A stretch of DNA of 64,000 bases. Origin: Opitutales bacterium. Its GTDB lineage: Bacteria > Verrucomicrobiota > Verrucomicrobiia > Opitutales > UBA953. Each line of letters starts with the position of its first letter. The first letter of the stretch is position 1. Below, one piece after another: positions 41,108-51,658 of this stretch. The notes under the pieces were generated by a model. The model did no database searches. It saw only the letters and a program-made list of their open reading frames with translations, and was not told the DNA's origin. The stretch lies in the NCBI GenBank assembly GCA_040398005.1, contig JBBAUX010000005.1, forward strand, positions 1 to 64,000, written 5' to 3'. The translations under genes and the position numbers were made by a program.

Positions 41108-42003
41108 TGGATCCTGCGCAAGCCATCGATGCTCTCTTAGAAGAATTATATAGGCAGAAAGCTGCTGGGGTAAAACGTGTCAGTGTCTCCGACGAAAGCG
41201 TTGCCCTCTTAAAAGAATTAGCGGGCGGAGCTGCGGTCGCCGTTGCCCCGAAGTTCACTGCTCCCGCTACCATCGCGCCCGTGGTGAAGCCCGTGACTCG
41301 TCCAGCAACTTCGGCCGTAAAAAATGAGGGAACGATTATTGTTTCTATTCCGTTGCCCGTTCCACCCGTCGTTAAATTACCTTCCGGCACCAAAGCGGAA
41401 CAATTACTTTGGTTGCAAAAAACCATCGCTACGTGCGAGGTGACCCAGAAACATCTCGAAGGTAAAAAAGCACTTTTCGGTCGCGGATCAGAAAGCGCCA
41501 AAGTTTTTTTTGTGGGTGAGGCGCCGTCCCTAGAAGAAGTAGAAGCGAACCGTTCGTTTGTGGGTCCAGGGGGTGAATTACTTAGCAAAATTATTTCAGC
41601 AACCGGCCTGACCGAAACAGAATGTTACTTTGCTAATTTAATGACTTGGCGTCCCAAGCCCCCGACGGCGTTTGGTAAACGGCCACCCAATGCTTCCGAG
41701 GTCGCCTTTAATCGCCCGTATTTATTGGCTCAAATTGAGATTATTAAACCGCAAATGATTGTGGCCGTGGGAGCGCAAGCCTTTGGTGCGCTCACGCATT
41801 TAACGACGCCCATCATGCAAATTCGCGGACAGTGGCAGAAGGTCGATGGTCTAGAAGTTTTACCAACCCTGCACCCCAACTATTTATTACACAGTCCGAG
41901 TCTTTCTAATAAGCGTTTGGTCTGGGAAGACTTCATGCAAATCATGACGAAACTTGGCATGCCGATTTCCGATAAACAGCAGGCCTACTTTTTAAGTGCG
42001 TAA
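41107..42003 (+). CDS. Uracil-DNA glycosylase, family 4-like
   Basis: FG.G, VGEAP..EE, FVG..GELL, I.PQMIVAVG, RGQW, TLHPNYLL. Confidence 0.9.
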   Translation: MDPAQAIDALLEELYRQKAAGVKRVSVSDESVALLKELAGGAAVAVAPKFTAPATIAPVVKPVTRPATSAVKNEGTIIVSIPLPVPPVVKLPSGTKAEQLLWLQKTIATCEVTQKHLEGKKALFGRGSESAKVFFVGEAPSLEEVEANRSFVGPGGELLSKIISATGLTETECYFANLMTWRPKPPTAFGKRPPNASEVAFNRPYLLAQIEIIKPQMIVAVGAQAFGALTHLTTPIMQIRGQWQKVDGLEVLPTLHPNYLLHSPSLSNKRLVWEDFMQIMTKLGMPISDKQQAYFLSA

Positions 42004-42005
42004 AC

Positions 42006-43331
42006 TTAGCGGACGCTGCTGTTTAATTTTTTAAGATTAAACTGGAGGACGTGAGAATTTCTACCGCTCAACTTAAGTTCTTTTCGGCGAGCCGCCGGTA
42101 AATCATTTTGCGATCCGGCGACAAAGCTACAGGCGGATTGGAAGAAGCCTTGGGTTTGTGTAGTGAGGGCAATGAGTTTTTTAGCGCCGAGGCTCTTCGC
42201 TGTTAATTTCGCGTATTCGACGAGTTTTTTGCCCACACCGCGACCGTGATAAAAGGGCTGAACGTAAACGGCGCAGACTTCCATTGATTTACCGCCGGGG
42301 TAGGCACGGAGGGCAGCACACCCGATGATGCTGTCATCAATTTCATAGACAAAGAATTCCTGAATCGTTTGTTCGATTTGTAGACGTGTCCGTCCGACTA
42401 ACGCATCGGTCTTCGCGCCGTGCTTCGCTAAATTGTAGAGAGCTTGGGCGTCTTTCTTTTTGGCCTGGCGGATTTGATCGTAGTCGTTGGCGTGCACCAT
42501 GGTGCCCAATCCCACTTTATCAAAAATTTCAGTGAGTAGTCCGCCAAAAACGCGGCCATCTAAAATGTGGGCGCGGGGAACGTCTTGATCTAAAGCTTTA
42601 GCGGCTTGCACGGCTTTGCTTCTGATCCGCGGGTCTAATTTAATTTTCTTATCGCTCAGGATTTTTTTCAGTTCGTCTTCGGGTAAGTTAACTTTGACCT
42701 GACCATCAATTTGCAGTCCAGCAAAGGGTGTGAGGTAGATCAGCTTCGATGCACCCATGGCAGCGGCCAGTTCCATTGCTAAATGGTCACTATTGACCCG
42801 TAAAGATTGGCCTTCGCGATCGCAGACGATGGGGGTAACGAGCGGTAAAATATCTTGCGACAGCATCGTTTTCAAAATCTCCACATCTACTTTTTCGACT
42901 TTACCGGTGAAGAGATGATTTTTTCCTTTGATCACGCCGACGTTGGTGGCGCGGACGGCGTTGGTGATGACGCAACGTAAACCCGCTTGAGAAAGATGTT
43001 CGAGGACGGTTTGAGAAACTAAGGCGGAAGCTTCACGCGCGAGCGACATGGTCGGGGCGTCGGTGATGCCTTCGCCTTGAATGTCAGAAATCGTCATATT
43101 ATGTTCACCGGCGAGAGTGACGAGTTGTTGTCCGATGCCGTGTACTAAAATAACTTTGATTGAAAGACTTTTGAGCACCGCAATATCCGTCACGATATTA
43201 TTAAAATTTTCGTGACTGACGATTGAACCATCGACGGCAATCACGAAGCTATGATCCCGGAACATGGGAACATACCGGAGGATGCCACGAAGGTCGGTGG
43301 GCTTCATTGCCCGTTCACGCTGACTTGCCAT
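42006..43331 (-). CDS. argA: Amino-acid N-acetyltransferase (AAK + GNAT)
   Basis: LRYVPMFRDHSFVIAVDG, VHGIG, LLTEIFDKVGLGTM, C-terminal GNAT and RNS. Start 43331 or 43307. Confidence 0.93.
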   Translation of the reverse strand: MASQRERAMKPTDLRGILRYVPMFRDHSFVIAVDGSIVSHENFNNIVTDIAVLKSLSIKVILVHGIGQQLVTLAGEHNMTISDIQGEGITDAPTMSLAREASALVSQTVLEHLSQAGLRCVITNAVRATNVGVIKGKNHLFTGKVEKVDVEILKTMLSQDILPLVTPIVCDREGQSLRVNSDHLAMELAAAMGASKLIYLTPFAGLQIDGQVKVNLPEDELKKILSDKKIKLDPRIRSKAVQAAKALDQDVPRAHILDGRVFGGLLTEIFDKVGLGTMVHANDYDQIRQAKKKDAQALYNLAKHGAKTDALVGRTRLQIEQTIQEFFVYEIDDSIIGCAALRAYPGGKSMEVCAVYVQPFYHGRGVGKKLVEYAKLTAKSLGAKKLIALTTQTQGFFQSACSFVAGSQNDLPAARRKELKLSGRNSHVLQFNLKKLNSSVR

Positions 43332-43381
43332 AAGGGAATCGTTATGGACTCTTTCCCGTGAGTGCAATAAAAGATAGATAC

Positions 43382-44329
43382 ATGGGTAAGTCGCGTCAGA
43401 CAAAGAGTAAGGGGGTGCCGCCCGATTTGCAGGAGTCGGTGGATTCTTTTTTAGCCTATTTGGCCTTGGAGCGTGGATTGGCGAAGCTTACCACGGCGGC
43501 GTATGAAGACGACTTGATACGTTTTTCTAAGCACTGCGCGAGTGCGGGTCGGACTAACTGGGTTGACGTTAAGTTAGGTGACATTGAATCCTGGGTGAAA
43601 GTTTTAAACCGCAAGGGTCATGCTTCGGCTTCCTTGGCGCGTCGAATTTCCGCAGTACGAACTTTTGCGGCACACTTGGTACGATCGGGATTACGCCGCG
43701 ATGATTTTACGGAGCTTGCCCGCAGTCCTAAAATGAAACGCAGTCTACCGGCGATTTTATCTCCCGAGCAGGCCGCCCTGGTCGTGTCCGCGCCTGATAC
43801 ATCTAAGCCACAAGGTCTCCGGGATCGTGCGATGTTAGAATTGATGTACGGGTCGGGTCTCCGTATTTCGGAATTATGTAGCCTCGAATTGCAAGCGGTA
43901 GACATCGAATCCGCTCTCGTGCGCGTGAGAGGTAAAGGTTCGAAAGACCGCGTGGTGCCAGTGGGTGAATCTGCCTTAAAAACCCTGCAGCATTATTTAA
44001 AAGATGGTCGGCCTAAACTCAGTCGTCCCAAAACGGGAAGCGCGTTGTTCTTGAGTGCGCGTGGCCAAGCACTTTCGCGAAAAACTTTTTGGTTAAGTGT
44101 TAAGCAGGCCGCTCAAAGAGCGGGCGTTGATGTGCCCGTAAAACCTCATTTGCTTCGGCACGCTTTTGCGACGCACTTATTAGCCGGTGGGGCTGACTTG
44201 CGATCGATTCAGGAGATGCTCGGGCATGCGGATATCGCCACGACACAGATTTATACCACGGTCGAACGTACCGCACTCAGTGCGGCCCATCGTAAGCACC
44301 ACCCGCGCGGTAAAAAATCGAGCTCTTAG
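43382..44329 (+). CDS. xerD: Tyrosine recombinase XerD
   Basis: LERGLA..T..AY..D, RDRAMLELMYGSGLRISEL, PHLLRHAFATH, LGHADIATTQIYT, HHPR. Confidence 0.92.
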   Translation: MGKSRQTKSKGVPPDLQESVDSFLAYLALERGLAKLTTAAYEDDLIRFSKHCASAGRTNWVDVKLGDIESWVKVLNRKGHASASLARRISAVRTFAAHLVRSGLRRDDFTELARSPKMKRSLPAILSPEQAALVVSAPDTSKPQGLRDRAMLELMYGSGLRISELCSLELQAVDIESALVRVRGKGSKDRVVPVGESALKTLQHYLKDGRPKLSRPKTGSALFLSARGQALSRKTFWLSVKQAAQRAGVDVPVKPHLLRHAFATHLLAGGADLRSIQEMLGHADIATTQIYTTVERTALSAAHRKHHPRGKKSSS

Positions 44330-45831
44330 ACAAAGAAGAGTAAGCCGCCGATAATGGTCGCTGCGGATAACGCACCGATGACAAATTTCGCAGTGGCGGA
44401 TACTTCAATCGTTTCAATGGTTTCATCCCCGACACTGGGTCTAACCACCGCTTCGCGAATGACGGAGAAGTAATAGTGGATGCTGACGGCTACGCTGAGA
44501 AGAACGGCGCTGAAGACCCACCATAATTTTACTTTAGCGAGTAGTATTAAAATAAATAATTTGGCGAAGAAACCGATGGAGGGAGGAACGCCTGCCAATG
44601 AACTGATACCAAAGCCTAAGCCACCGGCAAGAATCGGTGAGCGTCGAATTAAACCGCGTAGTTGTAGTAACGGACGACGATGATCTTCGAGAGCGGGAAT
44701 GGAAATGAGTGCTTGGGCGACCAGGAAACTACCGATGGTGTAAGCGATTAAATAATAAGCTAAGAGGTTGGTATCATAATCACCATTTTCACCTGCGACT
44801 AAAATGCCGGTGATCGCTGCGAGAATAAAGCCGGCATGCGAGACGCCGGAGAGTGCGATGATACGCTTGATGTCCGTTGCGGCGAGTGCGGCGAGGTTTC
44901 CGGCGATCAAAGTAAGGATCGTGGTGATAGCGAGGACGGGTGCTAACTTAGAAGCCAGCGGTTGAAAGGGACCCGTAACTAATAAGAATAAGGTGAAGGC
45001 ACCGGCCGCTTTGGATGCGGTACCGAGTATCGTTGTGGTAGGTGTGGGTGCCCCTTGATAAACATCGGGGATCCAAGTTTGGAATGGGAAAGCACCGAGC
45101 TTAAAGGCCGCTCCACTTAAAATGAGTGCCACACCGGTGAGGGTGAGGGCGGTGCCATGTCCGGCTGCCAAGGCTTTAGCGATTTGATCGAAGTTTAAAG
45201 AATCGGGCGTGGTCGCACCGAGTGAACCATAAACTAAAACAATGCCCATGAGAAGAAGTGCGGAACTTAAGCCACCCGCGACTAAATATTTAACGCCGGC
45301 TTCTAGTGACGCCTCACTTTTGCGGAGATAACCGACTAAAATATAAAGTCCAACGGCCGCTGTTTCGAGGCTCACAAATAAAGTCACGAAGTGATTCGAC
45401 TGAGTTAACAGCATGAACGCGGCGGTGATTACCAAGACCACGTGGTGATAATCGGCGACGACGGCGTGACGTTCCTCGAGGAAACGTGTCGCAATAAAAC
45501 TCGTCAGTAGTGCGGAGATTAAAAAGCTGAGACGAAAACCGCAGGTGACATCACTGAGTTGAAGTAAGCCTGAAAAAGTGGTGGTGGCTACGCCTGAGCA
45601 GGGATTCCATGGAGTGAAAGGAATCAGTGACATTAAAATCACTAAGCCCAGTCCGATGCGTGCGGTGGTGGGGATGAGCCAGTTGAGTTTTTTATTTAAA
45701 AACATCGCCTGAATCAGGCAGAGCAAGGCGAGGCCCGCTACGGAAATTTCAGGCAGGATCGAAGCCCAGTCCGTATTGCGTGGGGCGAGTAATTTTAAAG
45801 CGAGTTCGGTGGAAGCCATCGGAGAAGTCAT
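44326..45831 (-). CDS. nuoN: NADH-quinone oxidoreductase subunit N
   Basis: SLEAGVKY, FKLGAFPFQTW.PDVYQGAP, G.PPSIGF.AK. Confidence 0.95.
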   Translation of the reverse strand: MTSPMASTELALKLLAPRNTDWASILPEISVAGLALLCLIQAMFLNKKLNWLIPTTARIGLGLVILMSLIPFTPWNPCSGVATTTFSGLLQLSDVTCGFRLSFLISALLTSFIATRFLEERHAVVADYHHVVLVITAAFMLLTQSNHFVTLFVSLETAAVGLYILVGYLRKSEASLEAGVKYLVAGGLSSALLLMGIVLVYGSLGATTPDSLNFDQIAKALAAGHGTALTLTGVALILSGAAFKLGAFPFQTWIPDVYQGAPTPTTTILGTASKAAGAFTLFLLVTGPFQPLASKLAPVLAITTILTLIAGNLAALAATDIKRIIALSGVSHAGFILAAITGILVAGENGDYDTNLLAYYLIAYTIGSFLVAQALISIPALEDHRRPLLQLRGLIRRSPILAGGLGFGISSLAGVPPSIGFFAKLFILILLAKVKLWWVFSAVLLSVAVSIHYYFSVIREAVVRPSVGDETIETIEVSATAKFVIGALSAATIIGGLLFFV

Positions 45832-45842
45832 GATACGAAAGT

Positions 45843-47396
45843 TTAGTTGCGGGGAGATTCTTGAACAGGAGCTGCCTTAAACGGTTTGGCTTGGGCAATG
45901 CGGGCCAGCGCCTGTGCTTCCGGGTTGGTGTAATTAGTAATCAGTGAAGGAATAAATCCAATCACGAGTGAGCCACCGAGAAGAATGATGGTTGCGGTAC
46001 GTTCGGCGCCGTTGAGATCGACAATCGGAGCGTAAGCATGACGGGCTTCGATGGTCGAAGAAACTTTTCCGAAGAAAACGGAAGCGACGGCGCGTAGCGC
46101 GTAGATTGCAGAGATCACAACGGTGGAGACGACGAAGACTTGAAGGATGAACGGTTGATTTCTGAGCGAGAGGAAGACGCCCAGTTCGCCCCAGAAATTT
46201 CCGAAGCCGGGTAGACCAATGGACGCCATGATCGCCGCGATAAAGAAAGCCGAGAGCACTGGAGTGTGTCGTGCGAGACCACCCAGTTCATCGAATCGAT
46301 ATGTACCCGTGCGGGTACGAACCGCATTGGCTAAAAGGAATAAGGCCGCGCAGGAAAGTCCGTGTGCCACCATCAAGAAGATGGCTGCATCGAGACCTTC
46401 GGCGACGCCTTGCGTTGCGCAAACCCAGATGCCGACAAAGATAGGACCCATGTGAGCCACAGAGCTCCAGGAGAGCATTTGTTTTAGGTCGCGCTGTCCG
46501 AAGCAGATGAGTCCGACAATAAATACGTTAGCCACGGAGCACCAGAGGAACCAGTGACTGAGTGTGCCGTTGCCCATTTTCATGGTGGCAGCGACAATCA
46601 TAATGATTCCGTAGAGGCCAAATTTCTTAAGTGCTCCAGCGTGGATCATGGATACGGGAGTGGGTGCAGCGGAGTAACCTGGTGCGGCCCAAGAGTGGAA
46701 AGGGAAGAGTGAGGCCAGTGTGCCGAATCCAAATAAAGTAAGCGCCGTAGTTGCCGCTGGTAAGGGCAGTTGTGACTGATGGAACGCTAAGAATAATTGT
46801 TCGAAGGTGGCGTCTTCGATGCCCAGCCCGACCGTTTGCATCGCAATCACGATACCCGCTAATGAAAGCATGGCGCCGACGGTAAGGTAAATGGCCATTT
46901 GCATCGCCGCCGAACGTCGACCTTCGCCGCCCCAGAATAACGTGAGTACAAAAGTGGGAATGAGTGCGAATTCGTGGAAGAAATAAAATCCGATAATATT
47001 ATTTGTACCAAAGACTCCGAGCGTTCCTCCGAGCATGAAGAGAATTAAACCCAGATAAGCATTTCGTGATTCAACTTCTTGATCGAGTGCTTTGATTCCC
47101 GCGGCGAGCCCCACCAGCGCAGTCATGGCGATCAAAGGTAAGCTGATGCCATTTAAGCCAAAACAAAATCCCCAGATGTTGGTTTGACGGTATTGAGTCA
47201 CTGAACCGTAGGATTCGGCGCAGGGTAAGAAAAACCAAACGGTGATGAGGGCGGGCAGGGTGAATGCCGTGAGTGCAAATCCCGTGGCAAAGGAGCGAGG
47301 CAGATTTCGTCCGACTAAGAGAATCAATCCGACGAGAATCGGCGTAAAAATTGCCGCGAGTAGAAGAGAGGAATTCACAGTATTAAAATTTTCCAT
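45843..47396 (-). CDS. nuoM: NADH-quinone oxidoreductase subunit M
   Basis: FFHE..LIP, FPFHSW, K.GLYG, SSVAHMG, MVAHG, GLPGFGNF.GE. Confidence 0.95.
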   Translation of the reverse strand: MENFNTVNSSLLLAAIFTPILVGLILLVGRNLPRSFATGFALTAFTLPALITVWFFLPCAESYGSVTQYRQTNIWGFCFGLNGISLPLIAMTALVGLAAGIKALDQEVESRNAYLGLILFMLGGTLGVFGTNNIIGFYFFHEFALIPTFVLTLFWGGEGRRSAAMQMAIYLTVGAMLSLAGIVIAMQTVGLGIEDATFEQLFLAFHQSQLPLPAATTALTLFGFGTLASLFPFHSWAAPGYSAAPTPVSMIHAGALKKFGLYGIIMIVAATMKMGNGTLSHWFLWCSVANVFIVGLICFGQRDLKQMLSWSSVAHMGPIFVGIWVCATQGVAEGLDAAIFLMVAHGLSCAALFLLANAVRTRTGTYRFDELGGLARHTPVLSAFFIAAIMASIGLPGFGNFWGELGVFLSLRNQPFILQVFVVSTVVISAIYALRAVASVFFGKVSSTIEARHAYAPIVDLNGAERTATIILLGGSLVIGFIPSLITNYTNPEAQALARIAQAKPFKAAPVQESPRN

Positions 47397-47399
47397 AAA

Positions 47400-49229
47400 T
47401 TAGCGGACAAGGAACCAGATGAAGAGGAGCGAACCGAGGGTGATCCAGATGGCGTAGGCACGAGTCTGTCCGCGGTGAAAAATGGCATTGGAGACATGTC
47501 CCAGAGCGGCGAAGGTGCCACCGACAGTCCAGCGTACGGCGAGACCGTTGATTACGAGTAAATCGAGGAATACAATGAATTCGGCGAAGCGGCGCTGAAC
47601 TTTATCAATGTACCAATTGTAAAATGTGTCCATCCATCGGTATTCTAAAATTTGATAGGTGCGTGGAGAAATTTTCTGTAAGCTATCCTGCCCAGCAAAC
47701 CATCCGTAAAATTTGAAACTTAAAAATCCAAGGATTAGGGCAGCTGCTCCCACGATGGTTGCAGGAGCGGTTAGGTGGAACGCCATTTCGTTCAGCGACT
47801 TTTCAACGACCTGAAGGGATGAGTGGGGAATTAAAATATTGGCAGCAAAACCGGCGCCGATGGCATAAACAATTCCGAGCACGCTGATGGGAAGAGTCAT
47901 CGTCCAAGGGGACTCATGGGCTTGCGTTGCCGCCTTGGAATTAGGTGCACCCATGAAGACGAGACGAATCATGCGGCCGCTGTATAAGCACGTCGCAATG
48001 GCGGCGAGAGCGAGGAAGCTGAAAACCCAGAAGTATCCGCCGTGCCAGGCTGCTTCGATAATGGCATCTTTCGAATACCAACCTGCAAAGAAGGGAACCG
48101 CACAATTAGAAAGCGTTGCTGCAATAAAAGTTACTGCGGTGATCGGCATCTTTTTGAGCAGGCCGCCCATCTTTAACATATCTTGTTCGTGGTGACATCC
48201 GTGAATCACTGAACCAGCACCTAAGAACAAGGTCGCTTTGAAAAAGGCGTGCATGGCCATGTGCAGCACAGCGAGTTCAGGATGTCCGAGTCCAATCGCA
48301 CAACCCATTATACCGAGGTGAGCGAGAGTGGAGTAAGCCAAAGATTTTTTGATGTCGGTTTGGGCGAGTGCACAGAGACCGGCGAGCGCGGCCATGCCGG
48401 CGCCGGAGATTGCCATCCAATGAAGAACTTCCGGAGCGAGCAGGAAACTGATACGCGCCATGAAATAAACACCAGCGGCAACCATCGTCGCAGCGTGAAT
48501 GAGGGCGGAGACGGGAGTGGGACCGGCCATTGCATCCGTTAACCAAACGTGTAAAGGGAACTGGGCGGATTTTCCGAGAAAGCCACACATCAATAAAAGT
48601 CCCAGGGCGAACGGCACGGCTGAACCCGCTTGTAATTTTAATTCAGCAAAATCGAGTGTGCCGTAAAGTTTTAAGCAAAGGGCGATACCCAAGATGAATC
48701 CCAGATCGCCAATACGATTAGTGATGAAGGCTTTTTTGGAAGCCTCGGCCGCAAAATCAGTATCAAAATAATGAGCGATGAGCATGTAGGAACTAAAACC
48801 AACCAGTTCCCAGAAAATGAAAGTCATTAATAAATTATCGGCGACGACGATACCGAGAATCGAAAACATGAAGATGGAAAGTCCGGCGAAGAAACGTCCG
48901 CGGGCCTCATCTTCCTTCATGTAGCCGACGGAAAATAAATGAATCCAAGCGGCGACGAACGAAACGACGAACAACATTAAGCGTGCGTGGGCATCGATTA
49001 AATAACCAAAGCCTAAGGAGATTCCGCCGATTTTACCGAGTTCATAATGCCATTTAATATCTTCCGAAGTTTGGGTGAGAATCGTGAGGGCGAGACCCGC
49101 GATGATAAAGGCGGTCAGGGTTGAGAACCAAGCGGCGAACGCACCTTGACGGCGAAGGAAGAGAGCCGAAAAGGCGGCGGCGCCTAGTGGGAGAAATAAA
49201 ATCCAGTGTAAAAGAGAAACAGAGTTCAT
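47400..49229 (-). CDS. nuoL: NADH-quinone oxidoreductase subunit L
   Basis: WELVG, NRIGD, GKSAQFPLHVWL.DAMAGPTPVSALIHAATMV, HAFFKA. Confidence 0.96.
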   Translation of the reverse strand: MNSVSLLHWILFLPLGAAAFSALFLRRQGAFAAWFSTLTAFIIAGLALTILTQTSEDIKWHYELGKIGGISLGFGYLIDAHARLMLFVVSFVAAWIHLFSVGYMKEDEARGRFFAGLSIFMFSILGIVVADNLLMTFIFWELVGFSSYMLIAHYFDTDFAAEASKKAFITNRIGDLGFILGIALCLKLYGTLDFAELKLQAGSAVPFALGLLLMCGFLGKSAQFPLHVWLTDAMAGPTPVSALIHAATMVAAGVYFMARISFLLAPEVLHWMAISGAGMAALAGLCALAQTDIKKSLAYSTLAHLGIMGCAIGLGHPELAVLHMAMHAFFKATLFLGAGSVIHGCHHEQDMLKMGGLLKKMPITAVTFIAATLSNCAVPFFAGWYSKDAIIEAAWHGGYFWVFSFLALAAIATCLYSGRMIRLVFMGAPNSKAATQAHESPWTMTLPISVLGIVYAIGAGFAANILIPHSSLQVVEKSLNEMAFHLTAPATIVGAAALILGFLSFKFYGWFAGQDSLQKISPRTYQILEYRWMDTFYNWYIDKVQRRFAEFIVFLDLLVINGLAVRWTVGGTFAALGHVSNAIFHRGQTRAYAIWITLGSLLFIWFLVR

Positions 49230-49235
49230 TGCAAA

Positions 49236-49544
49236 TTAGTCGCAGAGGGTGGTGAGTTTTTCCGAGCTAACCGTTTGGCGTTGGCGGAAGAGGGCGACGA
49301 TGAGAGCGAGTCCTACGGCAACTTCAGCGGCGGCGACGGTGATGATGAAGAAAACAAAAATTGCGCCATCCATTGTGTTATTAAAACGGGAGAAGGCGAC
49401 GAGGGCTAAGGTTGAAGCGGTGAGCATCAACTCAAGGCACATGTAGACCACGAGGAGATTGCGACGGATTAAGACTCCGGAGAGTCCAATCACAAAGAGC
49501 ATTCCGGCGAGTAAAAGATGGTGGGAAAGGGTCGTGTGTTCCAT
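49236..49544 (-). CDS. nuoK: NADH-quinone oxidoreductase subunit K
   Basis: [18 protein letters not shown]. Confidence 0.96.
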   Translation of the reverse strand: MEHTTLSHHLLLAGMLFVIGLSGVLIRRNLLVVYMCLELMLTASTLALVAFSRFNNTMDGAIFVFFIITVAAAEVAVGLALIVALFRQRQTVSSEKLTTLCD

Positions 49545-49553
49545 AGTGTTTTA

Positions 49554-50087
49554 TCAGTTTTGGATTTTGGAATCTTTGCTGATTGAAACCACGCCGACGA
49601 GTGCGACGAGTAAAAGGAATCCAGAAATCTCCAGAGGGAGTAAATATTTGGTATAAAGTAATCGACCAAAAGATTTGGCGGCGGTGGTGAAGACTAACGG
49701 ATCGCTAGAAACTTCTGGCGGAGTGAATTGGACTTGGTTGGAGGGAACGGCTCCCGACCAAACGAAGAGCCAGATGACACCCGCGGCTAAGAAAAGGAAA
49801 ACGGCCAGACCGGCCACTGCATGACGCCAAGGGTAGGTGGTAGGATTTTCTTCCGTATCCGAAAGTAACATGATGATGAAAAGGAATAGCACCATGACGG
49901 CGCCGGCGTACACGAGCACTTGAAGAACGCCGAGGAAGTAGGCATCGAGTAGGAAGAAGTCAGCCGCGACACCGACGAGGGCTAAAATCATCCCCATAGC
50001 GGAGGTCACTGCATTGCGACTGAGAACCAGAAGAGCTGCAGCGCCAATCGTCAGCGCGGCAAAAAATATAAATAGTCCATCGGGCAT
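49554..50087 (-). CDS. nuoJ: NADH-quinone oxidoreductase subunit J
   Basis: QVLVYAGAVMVLFLF.IML, Y.LP.E...LLL.A..G. Confidence 0.95.
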   Translation of the reverse strand: MPDGLFIFFAALTIGAAALLVLSRNAVTSAMGMILALVGVAADFFLLDAYFLGVLQVLVYAGAVMVLFLFIIMLLSDTEENPTTYPWRHAVAGLAVFLFLAAGVIWLFVWSGAVPSNQVQFTPPEVSSDPLVFTTAAKSFGRLLYTKYLLPLEISGFLLLVALVGVVSISKDSKIQN

Positions 50088-50093
50088 GGTTCG

Positions 50094-50121
50094 AACCTAG
50101 GTGAGGGGGGCTTGTTGGAAA
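50094..50121 (-). promoter_or_regulatory. Putative promoter of nuoJ-N
   Basis: TTTCCA-N16-TAGGTT-N6-ATG(50087). Confidence 0.5.
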
Positions 50122-50211
50122 GGAGAAAAACGCATTTTTAAACTAAATTTTCAAAGATTTTTAGGTTGTCAGGCTATCCGTTTTTACGCCGAGCAAACGG
50201 GTGTGTAAATC

Positions 50212-50694
50212 TCAGCGATTTTTGAGAGGAAAGTGTTTCCGCATCACGCACTGGGCGTGAGATTCGATCACTTCACCTTCATCAAAAAGTTTTGTCCAGT
50301 CGGGGAAAAACGCATCGGCTTCTGGCTCTAAGTCTACATGAGTGATGATGAGTTCACTGCACCAAGGAAGGGCTTCCGCGTAAAGGACAGCTCCACCCGC
50401 CAGAAAAAGTGTTTGATCGGGAGCCAACTGTGCCGCTTCAGCCCAAGATTTTGCGGTTAATACACCTGGAGCGGTGAAACCTTGTCGGCTGAGAACAATA
50501 GTGGTGCGACCGGGAAGTGGACGTCCGATGGACTCGTAAGTTTTCCGTCCCATGAGCATCGCTTGGCCCATGGTAGTCTTTTTGAAGAACGCGAAGTCTT
50601 CCGGAATTCGCCAAGGCAGTTGATTATTTAAACCGATGGCGCGGTTTTTGCCAACGGCAGCGATTGCGATGAGTGGTCGGCCAAAAAAATTCAC
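50212..50694 (-). CDS. folA: Dihydrofolate reductase
   Basis: IG..NQLPW.IPED..FFK, MGRKTYESI, PLPGR, GG...Y, ADAFFP. Confidence 0.96.
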   Translation of the reverse strand: MNFFGRPLIAIAAVGKNRAIGLNNQLPWRIPEDFAFFKKTTMGQAMLMGRKTYESIGRPLPGRTTIVLSRQGFTAPGVLTAKSWAEAAQLAPDQTLFLAGGAVLYAEALPWCSELIITHVDLEPEADAFFPDWTKLFDEGEVIESHAQCVMRKHFPLKNR

Positions 50695-50698
50695 AAAA

Positions 50699-51544
50699 TT
50701 AAATAGCTACAGGGGCTTTAATGCCGGGATGAGGATCGTAACCCTCGATGGTTATATCTTCATATTTAAAATCGAATAAGTCTTTAATTTCAGGATTTAA
50801 AATTAAGCGAGGGAGGGGTCGAGGCTCACGCGAGCACTGTAAATCAACCTGTTCGAGATGGTTCGAATAAATGTGTGCATCGCCAAAGGTGTGGACAAAG
50901 TGTCCAGGTTTCAAGCCGGTCACTTGCGCAATCATATGCGTGAGTAACGAGTAACTCGCGATATTGAAGGGCACACCTAAAAATAAATCTGCGCTACGTT
51001 GATAGAGTTGGCAACTCAGACGATTGTCCGTCGAAACGTGGAATTGATAAAGCGTGTGGCAGGGTGGGAGGGCGACTTTATCAGCTTCGAGTGGATTCCA
51101 TCCGGTGACAAGATGTCGGCGACTGGCAGGATTCTTTTTCAGTTGTTCAATCAGTAGTTTGATTTGATCAACGCCGTCGGAGTTATAAGTGCCGTCGGCT
51201 TTTTTCGTCGCACCAAAATTTCTCCATTGATGTCCGTAGACGGGTCCGAGTTCACCTTCGCCGCGCCCAAACTTTGCACACTGTTCTGCGGTGGCCCATT
51301 CATTCCAAATACTTACACCTCTTTCGGTGAGCCACGCGTTATCCGTACGGCCTGCTAAAAACCAAAGCAGTTCTTGGATGATTGATTTAGTGTGAACTTT
51401 TTTCGTGGTCACCAAGGGGAAGCCTTGGGCGAGGTCGAAACGTAATTGGGCTCCGAAAATTCCGAGGGTGCCAACGCCTGTTCGGTCTTTGCGTACTTCG
51501 CCCGTTTGGCGGACATGCCGAAGTAAATCTAGATAGGCCTTCAT
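50699..51544 (-). CDS. thyA: Thymidylate synthase
   Basis: [42 protein letters not shown]. Confidence 0.98.
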   Translation of the reverse strand: MKAYLDLLRHVRQTGEVRKDRTGVGTLGIFGAQLRFDLAQGFPLVTTKKVHTKSIIQELLWFLAGRTDNAWLTERGVSIWNEWATAEQCAKFGRGEGELGPVYGHQWRNFGATKKADGTYNSDGVDQIKLLIEQLKKNPASRRHLVTGWNPLEADKVALPPCHTLYQFHVSTDNRLSCQLYQRSADLFLGVPFNIASYSLLTHMIAQVTGLKPGHFVHTFGDAHIYSNHLEQVDLQCSREPRPLPRLILNPEIKDLFDFKYEDITIEGYDPHPGIKAPVAI

Positions 51545-51658
51545 GGATTGAGGGTTAACCTTGATGAACCCCTAACGGCAATACGGAAAGGCGGGCGATT
51601 TTTGAACCTTTCGCCCTTGCCAGCCCGCCCCCCAAAAGACACCCCTAAAGGTGTTAAT

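Noticed and set aside
50160..50211. Weak stem CCGTTT...AAACGG downstream of folA
   Set aside because: Short stem, large loop and no U tract; not enough to call a terminator.
51575..51658. Alternative stems upstream of lysS (GGCGGGC/GCCCGCC, GGGCGA/TCGCCC) as T-box or lysine riboswitch
   Set aside because: Far too short, no T-box or L-box motifs, and part of the symmetry comes from two divergent -35 boxes.
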